Source: Octopus vulgaris (Eukaryota). From it: DNA of 64,000 bases. The DNA lies in assembly GCA_951406725.2 (NCBI GenBank), contig OX597822.1, positions 22,320,001 through 22,384,000 of the forward strand, given 5' to 3'. This document shows positions 40,231-54,160 of this stretch, piece by piece (position 1 is the first letter of the stretch; every line of letters starts with the position of its first letter). The position numbers and the translations under genes were made by a program. The notes under the pieces were generated by a model, which saw only the letters and a list, made by a program, of their open reading frames with translations, ran no database searches and had not been told where the DNA came from.

Positions 40231-41320
40231 TATATATCAGCAGCAGTAGCATCAGTATCATAGTTTTGACAACCACACTTTCATGCTGGCAGATTTCCTC
40301 TAGCCAAATATTCTTCTTGTTGCCAACTCTAATCTATTTCCAAGTAAAATGATATTAAACATAGCCCTTGAGGCACAGAGGGTTCAGTAACTGGCCATGT
40401 ATGAATAGTGACCTTGTTTTCACACAGCATACAAATGACTTCAAAAAGAAGAGTAGACACATATACAGACTCAAACAGACAGACATACATGTGGAGTGGA
40501 GTGAAATACACAGGGTTTCCTGCTGTATGACAATATAATAGCAAAATGGGTGCTAGCGTAGTTGATGTTGTAAGCCTATTGTTTAATTTTTAATTAAAAT
40601 TACACTCTTAGTGATAAGAATGATTATAAAATAGCATCCTCCTTGGTTTCCATACCTTCTTCCTTGAGCATTGTTTCACCCTCATTAATTATTTTTTTTT
40701 ACCTTTTCAATATTTTCCCACCATAACACTTTATTTCTCTCTCCTCGTCTCTCTCTTTTTCTTCTTATGAAGGACTATCTTCTGAAATATGCAGACACGC
40801 CATTTCAATTTCTCACACATTAAACTAACACCATTACTTGTCAAACTTTGTTCTTTCTCTATTCAAAGTTTGCCTGTATATAGTAGACCACACACACGTA
40901 TGTATATATACACCACTTAAAACACACACACACTCTCTCTCTCTCTCATTATATATATATATATATATATGCCAGCATAGAAAACGGACGTTAAACGATG
41001 ATGATGATAATGATATATATGTGTGTGTGTGTGTGTTACAGAAAAAGATAGAGGGAGACTTAATGTCTGAATGAAACCCAGGAATGCCAGAGCCCATGAT
41101 TCTGATTTTGAAAACTCAGAGACTAACGGGAGGAAGTTATTTTCAGAACAGAGAACTAGTCTAAATGCTTATATATATATGTATGTATGGAAGTATTACT
41201 ACTACTACTACTACTACATGTTATATAGTTGCTGCTATGCAATACTTTATTGCAAACATGAATGTAAGTTGTTAAGTTGTTCTCGCAAATTGAAGAACAA
41301 GATACATCATTATACATACA

Positions 41321-41379
<59 letters not shown>

Positions 41380-42314
41380 GAAACAGTTTATATGTAACTT
41401 CCAACAATTCAAAGCTAAATCCCCATCAGAATTTGCTTTGTTATTCAATCCAATTATTTGATAAAATTTGAAAATAGGAAAATAAAAACATAGAATTACT
41501 CGGTAAATAAACTGGAAACAAATAAAATGAATCTGCATTCAGGAAGAGATCAAATATCAAATGTTTGGTTGATGTTAACTTCAAACTAAATATGAACTTA
41601 ACATGCCAATAATAAATTGTTTCTCTGTCAACAAAATCATTTCACCATTTCAGCAAAACAACAACCCTTGCTTCAATTACGAAATGTCCATCACCAATGC
41701 TCTAGTTCAGTGTATACTATTTTATAATAGTTCAATATATAATATGGATATACAATTATTTCACTTCTGGCCTGCTGAATTTAAAAGCTATTACCAAATA
41801 AAAAGCCCAGCCCATACATAGGTATAAGTTAGTGTTAACATGTATAATACTCAGGGTGGTAAAAGGTTAGCTAGGAATAAATATGTACGGAGTAAAACAT
41901 GATATTAATTTAATGACTAATATTATTTTACTATTATCTAGTAAGAATAGAAGACACTTCAGACATGCCTTATTCTGATATTGTTAGCTCAGCATTGTGA
42001 TAATTGAATGACTAAGCAAATGTGCAAAATTGTGTATTTGTATGTAAAAGAACTGTTTAAAAGAGAAATTGTTCAGAGCTGCCAACAACATGGAAAACAA
42101 CTGTTAAATTAGTATCAACATATATTTGTATTGATGCATACTAGATATAAATATGTGGTCAAGAAAAAATATAAGCCACTGGTCAGTGGCCTGGCCTGAA
42201 TGCTTGCAATGGAGGGGACTCCATCAGAAGCACCCTAAAGTGTTAAATAGGGATGTTCAACCAATCATTTGACTAAGTCCACCATTACATTGTTGAAATT
42301 TTTCTCTTTCTTCT

Positions 42315-42690
42315 ATGTTTTACTTGTTTCAGTCATTAGATTGAGGCCATACTGGGGCACTGCCTTGAGGAATTCTAGTCAAATGAATCAGTCCTAGTAC
42401 TTTTTTTAAAACTTGGTACTTATTCTATTGGACTCTTTTGCTGAACCTCTAAGTTACAGGGATGTAAGCATACCAACATTGGTTGTCAAGCGATGGTGGG
42501 GAGAAATACACACACACACACACACACACCACACACACGATGGGCTTCTTCCACTTTCTGTCTACCAAATCCACTCACAACGCTTTAACCAGTCCATGGC
42601 TATAATTGAAGACACTTGCCCAAGATACCACACTGTGGGACTGGACATGGTTGTAAAGCAAACGTTTTACCACACAACCATGTCTGTGCC
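42315..42690 (-). mobile_element. Bipartite SINE, older copy
   Basis: Diverged reverse-complement match to 6860-7248. Confidence 0.75.
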
Positions 42691-42726
42691 CAAGAATTCA
42701 TTTTCAACATGTTTGCTTATAAAGTA

Positions 42727-44914
42727 AAAGGTGCAAGAGGTACCTGAAAATACATTTGATAATTTAATAAAGCAACAAGCAAATATATTTAAATAAAAAT
42801 GTGTACACATGTCCTTCATAAGCTTTGACCCCACTTGGACAATGTTGCATTTTAGTGAAGCTATAGTATTGTGAAGATGTTAACTAGTCTCCCTTGCAAC
42901 AGTGTTCCAATTGCAGTAGTCCATAGGATTTAAATTTGGAGAGTTTGGCGGCCACAAATTTAGTAGTACATGGTTGTAAAAATTGTCTGACATCCATACT
43001 CAGTTTATGTGGGCTTTGTGAAAAGGTGTTAAGTCTTGTTGAAACATGCATGGCCTTCCACTGCATACTTCATCCATTCAAGGCTTAACAAATGTCTCCA
43101 GCACCTCAGCATGTCCAGCAACATTAATTCTAAGACCCTGTGGGGAAAATGTGAAGTGATATAACATGACCTTCATCACTTACAAATTCTAAAACCATCA
43201 CAGTTGCTGAAAACTTAGTGTGTATCACTCTGGAATGGCAGAAGAATTTCCACGTGGCCATCTGGCAATTTTCCTGTTAGATGCTTGATCTTGGTCAAAG
43301 TTTTTATCATCAGAGAAGAACTAAGACATCACACCCATGAGGGCCTTAATTTTGATAAGTAACTTCTTAGAATAGATCACATGGTTTCCCTTTTTGATAC
43401 TGTCGAAACATTCTTAAAAGAAATTTCCAATTCCATTCAAATTTCGTATATAAAAGATCTTACAACATTTGGAAAGTTGTGTCCTATACATACAGGGTGT
43501 TCCAGAAATATTTAACCATATTTAAAACTCTTCCTAAAGAACTTCAGTTCAGGTAATATTAGCTACATTTTACAGAAAGATTTGCATATGTCTTTTGCTC
43601 ATGTGCCTGTTGTTTCATTCGTCTATGACAGGTTTGTAAACAAACATAGTATCAAAAGCAAAATGTGACCAGATTGTCACTTTGAAAATAGCTGGAGTGA
43701 GCAACAAAGATATAACAGTTGAATGTGTGCCATAAAACAGAGTTCAATACCTGGAAACGATATATGGATTCCACTACTAGTTCTAGCAAGCCAATTCCTG
43801 GCAGGAAATTATAAATTCATACAAAACAAACTGTTGAAGCTCTGAAGAAGCAAATGAACCTAAATCCCTGCAGGAGTGCAAGAAAATCTGCTAAAGCTCT
43901 TTATATTTTGAAATTGTCAATGCAGAGGAATTTTAAAGGAGATTTAAAGATAACTGCATACAAGAAACAATCCCAGCAGGTAATTTCAAATTTCAGCAGC
44001 TTCCAAGAAGAAATAGCTTGGCAGGGGTAAAACCGTGTTAGCTGAGATTAAGTGCATTGCTAAGAAATGTGTTGATCTGGTCCAATGATAAGATCTTCAC
44101 CATGGAGACAGTTACCAATGGGCAGAATGACAAGCTTTATGCTATAATGCAGGAGACTTGCCCGAAGGTAGCAGGAGTTATTTATGCTGTCAGAAGCCAG
44201 CTTCACTCATGATATGAGCTGCAGTTGCATCTGATGGAACCAAGTCTCCTTTGATCTTCAGTCATGCTAGATCAACAGTGGAAATGTTGGATAAAACTGT
44301 GTTACCCTGGGTCACAGAAACCTTTGATGACCATTACATCTTTACTCAAGGCAGGGATCTGGCCCACACATCCAATTTGACACTGAGGTGGTGCAAAGAG
44401 AATTTTAGCAGTTTTTGAGACGACGATATGACCTTCCTTGAGTCCAGACATCAATCCCATGAACTTCGCTATCTGGTCCATCTTAGAGAGTGATGTTTCT
44501 GCTCATTCCTATTTAAATGAGTCCGATCTGAAGAAAGTCCTTCTGTTTTCATGGCTCAAGTTGGATGAAGAGGTGGTACGGTGCTCATGCAACTCAGTGA
44601 CCACTTATTTGCAGGTTATGATCAAGGTGAAAGGTAGTCATTTTGAAATGTAATTACAGTAATGGATTGACAATTTACATTTGAACATGTGTGCCAAATT
44701 CCATTATCCTACCTTAAGTTTATTTTGAATAATTAAGAAATATCAATGGGTAAATTTTTTCTGGGATACCATGTATAACAACAACAATGACTGCATGTCT
44801 TTTCATTTGTGTTAGTATTTTATCTGCCATGGGGTGTGTAAAAGAAATAAAGACATTTTTACTGGTTTGAAGAGAGTAACAAATAAGTATCCTCAAATAC
44901 CTGTAAATACCCTG
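42727..44914 (-). mobile_element. Decayed Tc1/mariner (maT/DD37D-like) element, host of a nested insertion
   Basis: Minus strand LWPPNSPNLNPMDYCNW at ~42900-42960; N-terminus MADKILTQMKRHAV at ~44780-44830; degenerate TIRs. Confidence 0.7.
43493..44773 (+). mobile_element. Decayed maT/DD37D transposon
   Basis: TA TSDs; TIRs CAGGGTGTTCCAGAAATATTTAACCAT / ATGGGTAAATTTTTTCTGGGATACCATG; SPDINPMNFAIWSILE motif about 37 codons after the second catalytic position once one frameshift is corrected. Confidence 0.85.
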
Positions 44915-47274
44915 CATATAGAGTAATTAACAACACAAACAACTTCTGTCACACCCATGTCAAAATGACATACCCAAACACTGTGCTAAGCTAACACACT
45001 TATGAGAGAAGACCATGCAAAGATGACAAGAACAACACAAAATGAAATCTAAACGTCATCCACCCAAGCTCTTTACCAGCACTGATTAAAGATGACATCC
45101 ATGGTAATTACTGGAAGATGTGCCATTGTGTGCACACAACCTACAAAAAGAGCAGACAAACAGTAATTGTTGTACTCCAACTGAGTCCCTTTGCTTGTTT
45201 CTGAAGTTACCACGGCTGGAATCTGTCACAATATAGAAATTGACTAAGAGAGAGAGAGAATTAGAATAGCAATAATCATGAGAGAGTAAAACCAATCTAA
45301 ACTGTTAATTCACCGTTGTATGTCAGGTTGGGCAGTATGGGACACAGCTAGGTAGAAACATAGTACAACTAGAAAAATGAGCCTGTATTTGTTGTGCTTA
45401 GTGATTTGGTTGACTACCATCATGTAAATTGTCTGATCACTTAGTCATCTATCTGTGTCATATGTCTGACTTATCAGAACTGACATGCACAACAGTAACA
45501 ACCACAACTTAATAATAGAGTTTAGGTTGGCACTTTGAAAGATTTCATTTTTTTTTTTTGTTTGATAACTTCATTGCCCATTAATTATTGTTAGATCCAG
45601 GAGAATTTTCAATGAATTTGGTATAAATCATTAACTCCTGTTCAGTTTGTATCATTCACCACTGAACATTAAGTCACAGAAGAGGTACTGTATCATAATG
45701 AAGATCTTTACCATAGACATCTCTGTGAACTGGTATCCTTCTAAGTTTATTGTTTTATTTTAGTCAATACCTTCCTTATATGAAGAATACCAAAAGAACT
45801 CTGTATTTTTATGGATTTCCCAATTTCTCTGTCTCTGACTGGTTAATTAATAAATTGATTTATCATAATTCCCTCACTCATCTCATGTTTTATTTACAGA
45901 TTTTTTTCGAGTTTACCTTCAATATTTGTAGTTTTTACTGAAAGCCATGTTGAGATTTCTGTGTGCTTTCTCCTAACATTGAAAGTCACATCAATTTTGC
46001 ATTGTTGGTAAAGATAACACTCAGAATATCATTTGATATTATCCCGTGAATGACTGAACTCAGTTCCCATTTTAGCAGTTTGAGGAACTACCAAATATAT
46101 ATAAATATTCTGTAATCAATATCCTGCAATCGTCAACTGAAGGTTCATCAGTTTTGATATTATCTTACTTGCTGCTTCACCTGCAACTGAAAGTAAAGCA
46201 AAACAATTCTGTATCTCAATCTAACTCATATCTGAAATTGACTTATTGATTGATACTGTCTCACTGGAATTATCTGCAATTTGATTGATATGGTCTTGTA
46301 ATACTTTCAACTACATTCATGTTCACTTTATTTCTTTCCTCCCTGGTAAATGAAATAACAAATCTCCAAAGGCTACGACTAAACTTCCATACCTTTCACT
46401 ATTATTATTATTTAATAAGTCATGACATGTGTTTTGTGTACGTTTCTGTTTCTGTGACCATTTAGATTCTTCTAAAAGAATTAAGGCATTACATACAATT
46501 AGTCAAAAATAATGCATGGCATGGCTATTAAATATTTCTGTATGGCAAACCATATTTACAGTTTGCACCACTAACTATGTTTGACATATATTTCCATATT
46601 ATAAATATTAAATAAGTTTCACTAAACAAAAATACAGATCTAGGACATTATCTACAGATAGGAAAGATTGTATATGATGGTACAGAGTCTGAAACAGGAG
46701 ATATGGAATGACTGAGTAGATATGTGAGTAATAGATGGAGAAGTAAGACACTAGCTAGCTCCGAGGTGCAGGTGCTGGTGTATAGCAACAGAATAAGCTC
46801 TTGTGAATCAATTAGGTCACCTCTTTTGGGAAATGGTATGGAATATTTCTGTGAGTAGTAGAATGTGAGAACAGCATTATATTGTAAGTTTCATATGATT
46901 TTGTATGATTTTGTTGGTCAGGGCAGAAATATTTTCTGTCTCTAAAGATGAAGGGCAGTTTTTCAGTTTTTTATTGTAGCTTTTGCTAATATATGAATGA
47001 GAGATTGCCAGGAGAGAAGATAAGTTTATGCAAAACCTAATAGCTTGAAATGTTAATCGATTTCAGCTACATTTTGCCCAAGGTTTTGCTATGAACAATA
47101 TTTGCACTGTTGAAAGTGGCAAAAATTATGTTCCTAATACACAATATTTTCCTTATTTCTATTTATGGAGCTAGATATTACCTCTATTTATGGAGGCAAT
47201 ATTAACTAAATGTAAGATATGTAGGTTGTATGGGGATGGCACACACCTGTCACATTTCAAAGTTTATAATCATA

Positions 47275-48463
47275 TGAGGTTAAATCAAAACTTATATGCA
47301 CTCTTGATTCTGTAATTTATTTAAACAAACCCAGGGGTTGAACAGTTACAAGATTTTTTGATATAGTCACCTTACTCCTTAATACACTTCTTCAAGCTTA
47401 TTTGATCAGAGAAGATTTTTGGCTGGTCACACAGCCATTTATGTGCCACTTCCTGCACTTCTTTGTCTGTAGAGAATCAACAACTTCATAAAGGATATTT
47501 GAGTGATCCAAAGAGGTAATAGTCAGAAAGGGAAAGATCTGAACTACATATGGAATGTTCTAGCAACTCAAAACCCAATATTTTTTAATGGTTTTAATGG
47601 CATGGGCAGCCATATGTGGGTGTGCATTGTCATGCAACAATTACGTTTGTTTTGACAACAGACCTTGTTATTTAGTGCAATATTTCCAGGTAATATTCCA
47701 GTATAGGCCTATTTTTGTTCAAAGAAACAGTTAGCATCACATTTTCTATAGAAGTTTGAGTCTTGAATTTTTTTTACGCTGGTGATTCCAGATGTTTCCA
47801 TTCTATATTCTGCTTTTTGGATTTGTCTCAAAGTGATGGAGCCAGGTCTCCTCACATGTCACTATTCTGTCTAAAGAAGCTTTACCTTCATTGTTGTAGC
47901 AGTTGAGTAAGCATTGACAGATCTCCACATGATTGCACTGAAGCATTTTGGTAAGCTCTCTTGACATCCATCTCGCACAGACTTTACAGAAGCAAAGCTT
48001 GCTGTGGATGATTTCATATTCAGAACCATGACTAATTTGCAGAGAACAGGCCAACTCGCTTGTTGGTTCACCTGAACCATCTCTCGAGCTTATTGAATCT
48101 TCACATCAGTGGTAGATGCTGATGGGCATCCTGCTTCTTTGTGCTTCATGTTTGTCTGACTATTTTAAAACTTCTTGATCCACTCATACACCTTCTATAT
48201 TTCTGTATTGTACTGAAACTCTGTGATGAAGTTTAGCACTGATCCACCTTCAGACCAGAAAAATTGGATCATTGATTTCTGTTCTTCCAACAGAGTGGCC
48301 ATGTTTACTCTGTAACACAAGAAAGAAAACTGGAGTGATCAAAGTCAAACCTCGATTACATAACCACAAGAGTACCACCTTTTAGCACGTGAGCACTGAA
48401 AGCAGTGTAGCCAGCCTAAAGAAAGCTCTGGCTAAAATGGGAATAAGTTTTGACTTCGCCTTG
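47275..48463 (-). mobile_element. Decayed mariner (DD34D) transposon
   Basis: KVCARWMSRELT (WVPRxL), RIVTCEETW, LHDNAHPH and SDLSLSDYYLF motifs; TIR core TCAAAACTTAT at both ends. Confidence 0.87.
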
Positions 48464-51070
48464 TGTATTCCATAGCTCAGTACCTTATACAAAAACCTGT
48501 TGTTCTCTCCACTTTTATACATTATTAACCAGATTAACTGTGCAAATGATTAAATGAAGGTTGCTTTATCAACCTATCTGTAATGTTTCAAAAGTAATTA
48601 TACATATTCTGTCAGTGTAATGCATAACTGAATGAATCCACACAACCATCTCCTCAAATCGCAACATATGATTTTGGCCTGGTGCAGCCTTCGGACTTCC
48701 CAGACTCCAGTTGAACTGTCCAACCCATGCTAGCATGGAAAGCGGACGTTAAACAATGATGATGATGATGATGATGTAGAGTGATATGTGCAATTTAAGG
48801 ATATCAACAGTGAGCCTTCTAGAATTTTAGAAGGTGAGGAATCTTTATGATGTTACTCCACTTCAGTTTTGGTTGGGTTTTAAAATTCTTATGATTTTGC
48901 CCAGGTTCTGTGAATTTGACACAGTATTGGCACAAGAAGTCATAGGCATTGATGAATGGAATAATTCATTCACACCCTTCAGTGTTTACAGATTTTGTTA
49001 TGATTCTGAAGTTTTAGATAAATAGAAGAAAGAGTAATGGCATGGATAGTCAAATCAGGCCCTTTGGCAATATGTGTGAAAGTTCTTAACAGTACCAACA
49101 AGTATCACTAAACTCTCTGAATATCAAAGGCTGTTTTCATTGATATGACTTAGACAACTCACTACTGTATACACATACACACACACAGTTACATAGACAA
49201 TATAATAATGATAGTAGATATGTTTCTTTAGAATTTACAACTGCATTTGTAGAAAGATTTTGCTGAAATTGCTTACAGTTGATGTGTTGGCATAACTTTA
49301 ATTCAGTGTTTCTCACAAGGTGGTGGTGATGGGATATTTCTGATGACAGTAAAGAGACTGGAGAAATTACCATGTTTAATAGAATGAAGTTTTTTTCCAA
49401 TTTGTCTAATACCATAACATAGAAAGACAAATTATATAGATGTAAACTTTATTTTATCTTCTCATTAATAAAGAGTGGGAGAAGGACAAAAAAAAATTCA
49501 CTACTATTTTGTGTGCCTTCTATGTCTGTTTGGGAACCACTACCTTTTTTAATATCTATTTCTCTTTAATTGCATATTTATAATGTTGCATTGCATCAGT
49601 TACGTAATGGAAAATTTGTTAAAAAGCAAAGTAAAAACTGAATAAAAGCAAAAAGAAGCCTATAATAAAATCTGTGATAATACATTATCAAAAATTGTGA
49701 GTATTATAAATATGACTGTATAATTGTAAATATTATAAATAGGTTCATATAATTGTAAATATTATAAATGTGGTTAGATGAATGAGACTTTTATTTGACT
49801 ACATGATGCTCGATATTGTAATCATGTCTAGATAATTGGGAAAACTAGTTCAAGTCCCATTGCTTTACTGATAGGAAAAGGTAAAATTTTAAATTTAAGC
49901 TGTTTCTACATTTAAAATATTAGCTTTTATATAAAATATATGTTTAAATACAAAGAGCTTTTAAAAGGATTAGAAACATTAACTCAGTTTTCATGTACAG
50001 AAAAATAGATGTTATACTAGGTGCTTTGTAACTGGGTAAATAATTCAAATTTGTCTTTATCAATGAATGCTTGATATATAATCGTTCAATATTAACTAAA
50101 AGAGTTTATTTTGAAAACATTTTATTTCATATTCTACAAACCCAATATATACATTCTACAATATTTACATTTACTTAGATGACTTCTCTATAGACAACAT
50201 TCCTGGTCAATATTTTATATTCATCATTATGTGTCTTTCTGCCTGTGTATTTGAATTTGTTTTGATTTGCAAATATTCTCAGGTTTGTTGTATTACCTGT
50301 CCTGCTTAACAGCAACATATATTTGTCCCTGGTGGAACACTAGAGTCAGAATATACAGTCTGCTCTGCTTTAAACTTTACCTTTGATTCCTATTTCTTGA
50401 CATAACAAAAACTGGTATTAGAGGAAACAGCAATCTTTTTAGAATGAACGGTAAATCAGTGTTGGCTGGCAGAAGAGAAATTCAAGGAACCTCCTTTCAA
50501 TATCAATGCTGCTAAGTTTACTGACAGTCAATAAATTTTTAGTAACATTGAAGACCATAATGTATCAAGATCTATTGCAGAGGCAATTTTTGTGGTCTAA
50601 ATATTAGAAAAGCATTACTGAGGCTCTTATCTTTAGTTTGATGGTGTGACGTGGCAGGCTACTTACATTTAATGAATTCATAAACAGTTTGATTGTCTTG
50701 TATTATTGAGTTAGAGGTTTTCTGTGTAAACACATTTCTAGGAATTTTATTCATAATTTCATCATTCAGTTGATCAAATTCACCATTTTTGGCTCTTAAA
50801 ATAGCTCTTGAAGACATCCATTATTCATTTTCATAATGTATTCAGCCAAAATGCATTCTCTTTGCTCTTGAGAAAGCTGTTCACATGCTCGTCTATGTTG
50901 TACAGCACCTTGTTTTAAAACATGCTCATGCTATTCATGAAGGAACTACTTTTTCTTGTTTTCATGAAGCTGTTTCTATGGTCTTTCATTTTCCCATTTC
51001 TCTTGCTTTCATTGTCTATTTCTTTGCTTGCTGCTTCTTTCTCTGAGACATTTTGCATTGCTCATTGAGG

Positions 51071-51823
51071 CAAGTGAAATCAAAATCAAATTTGATGACT
51101 GGCATCCATGCTAGCGGGGTGCAAAGAGCACCATACGAGTGTGATCGTTTGACAGAGCGGCTAACCAGCTTCCGTGCCATGGCACATAAAAGGGCACCAT
51201 TCGACTGTGATCGTTACCAACGTCACCTTATTGGCACCTGTGCCGGTGGCATGTGTAAAAAGATTCGAGCACGGTCATTGCCAGTACCGCCTGACTGGCC
51301 CCTGTGCCATGGCATGTAAAAGGGCACCATTTGAGCATGATCGTTACCAACGTCGCCTTACTGGCACCTGTGCCGATTGCATGTGTAAAAAGATTCGAGC
51401 ACGGTCATTGCCAGTACCGCCTGACTGGCCCCCATGCCATGGCACATAAAAGGGCACCATTCAAGTGTGATCATTACCAACATCGCCTTACTGGTACCTG
51501 TGCCGGTGGCATGTGCAAAAAGATTCGAGCGCTGTCATTGCCAGTACCGCCTGACTGGCCCCCATGCCATGGCACGTAAAAGGGTACCATTCGAGCGTGA
51601 TCATTACCAACGTCGCCTTACTGGCACCTGTGCCGGTGGTACGTAAAAAGCAACCACTACACTCTTGGAGTGGTTGGCGTTAGGAAGAGCATCCAGCTGT
51701 AGAAACACTGCCAGATCAAGATTGGAGCCTGGTGCAGACATCTGGTTCGCCAGCCCTCAGTCAAAATCATCTAACCCATGCTGGCATGGAAAGTGGACGT
51801 TAAACGATGATGATGAGGATGAT
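51071..51823 (+). mobile_element. RTE 3' UTR/tail containing a 130-bp tandem array
   Basis: Ends GGACGTTAAACGATGATGATG; units start at 51176, 51306, 51436 and 51566. Confidence 0.88.
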
Positions 51824-54101
51824 GATAGACAAAGTTAATATCATTTATTCTCAACCGAAGAAAGGCTTGATAACCTCACTACCTCCTCCTAGTCAAAAAA
51901 AAAAATTTGAAGGGGTTTCTAATAAACTAGCCTCTCAGTCCACAAGAAAAATAGGGACGATTCTTCCTCTTTCTTTTGTCTTCTTTTCTTCAGCTGTGTG
52001 ACCCATGCTGATCCTTTTGTTTTTCTTTCTTCCTTTCTTTCAACCGTTGCGCTTCGTCTTCTATCCTGTTGCGCTCCAACAATTGGACAGAATAAAATAT
52101 GCTTGAATTAAAGTACAATTGCAGCTGAGAAGAATAGAAAATTATGTAGTCTAAGTAAACCCATTGCCTTGCATATATAGTTACACATAACACTGATATA
52201 GATTTAAATTTCTTTTTATTTTATAAACAGTAAGTCAGTGCTTAAGGAAATAAAACTTTTACAAACTTTGAATTTTAAAAAAATGTTAATCATTTTATTA
52301 CATTAGTTGAAAATTTTTTATATTTTTAACCATAATTAAGAGACTTGATGGGTAAGGCCAGAACAATGTGAGACAATATAAAGTAAACTACAAAGAAGAA
52401 AAGAAAACAAAATTGTAGTTTTACCCTATATCTCTATGTTTTGGGACTATGTTTCCATCTTCAGGACATGTGCAAAAGTGAGGGATGGAAAAGGTCATTG
52501 CTCAGATTTGTGGGTGAGGAAGATGACATGTGCAAATTGCTTACTATCATGACACCAATCTCTGCATATCACCTTCCTCCCTACACATCTAAACAACAAC
52601 CTTTTCCAACCCTAACTTTTCCATGTGTCCAGAAGAAGAGATCAAAATCCTGAAATATAAAAATAAAATGAAAAACTTGAACTTTCTTTTCTTTTCTTCT
52701 TTGCAGTTTACTTTATATCTTCTTGCATTGTTCTGGCCTTACCCAACTACTCACATTAAGGAAATATCACACAATGCTTCACAAAAATTACTCCATGATT
52801 AATAAACAACACATGCATAATATACCTTTTTCACTACCCAGAAACATTTTATTCAATATCCATCTCTCATCCTTAATACTGCCTTCTCCACCAACATTTT
52901 ACACTGACCCCTTCTTTAAGCCACCATATCATCTCATCTTTTCTTCTGGCATACATCTCTTACTCTCCACAAGGACTGCACCTGCCTCTCTTCTTCTCAC
53001 ATTCCTGCAATCTACCCAACCACTCATCATTTCTCTCCCTCCCATCCTTCCCCAATCTACTTTATTATGATTATTGTTCTGCTACTTTTCACTCTTGTGT
53101 GTCATTAGTCACACCACCCTACCCCTTATCCACTATTCACTACATCCACCACCCACCCAACTCATTCCAAGCTCTGCAGTTGTCACCTACTCTTCCATAG
53201 CTCTCCTACTTATCATCCACTTGAACTCGTAATGCATTCATTATATTCAACCCCTTGCCCATTTACCAAGCTCTCAACTAGCCATAACTTCAAGATACCC
53301 ACACTCCTCTTTCTTCTGCCTTCATTCATAGTTTTAGGGTCTGCACAAACACTCACAGCCACTACTCTTATCTCTTCCCTGCTCTACCCCAACCACCTCT
53401 CTGCCCTTTCTTCTAAAATGTGAGTAGCTCCAGCAAGAAATCTGTTCTGTTCTGGTTCCTTCCCCCCTACTTTAACCCCTTGCCTCATTGCATAAAACTG
53501 CCTCTCTCAGGGTTTGTAATCTTGCAAGCCTCAAGGTGACCTCATTAGTACTGGTAGCATAAAAAAAGCACACTTTAGCTGTAGGAGCCAAGCTAAAGTA
53601 GACAGTGGAACACACTGCTGTCCTTGAACTCACTGAATCCTGGCAAAACTGTTCAGCTCACACCAGCATAGAACATGGATGTTAAATGATAATTGATAAT
53701 GAAGACGATAAAGAAATATCATACATATGATGAAAATTATTTTCCCTCTTATCTTTTTTCATTATTCTTATATCACTGAATAAAATGTGCTTCAATAAAG
53801 TGCAATTAAAAAAGACAGAAATAGAAAATTATGAAACTTAAGTTCTAGTCACACATGACTTTGATATGTTCTTTTTCTTTATTTTTTTTTATTTCATAAA
53901 TAGTAAATCAGTGTTTGAGAAAATGATGTTTTTCTACAAACATTTAATTTCACAAACTGAATATTATTTTCTTATATTATTCTAAAATTTGAAATATTTT
54001 TAACTGTAATTGATAAATATTATATACATTATAAAGAAATTTTCCGAGTGTCTACATGTGACAAAATAATTACTTTTCTTAATATATTGCATTATTCTTA
54101 A

Positions 54102-54160
<59 letters not shown>

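Noticed and set aside
48834-49025. 63-aa ORF in unique sequence
   Set aside because: No motif or convincing splice donor; length is compatible with chance.
49693-49780. Three ~29-bp AT-rich tandem copies (AATTGTAAATATTATAAAT)
   Set aside because: Ordinary low-complexity minisatellite with no further structure.
51176-51650. Regular array considered as CRISPR-like
   Set aside because: Whole 130-bp units repeat with no unique spacers, there are no cas genes, and the context is a eukaryotic LINE UTR.
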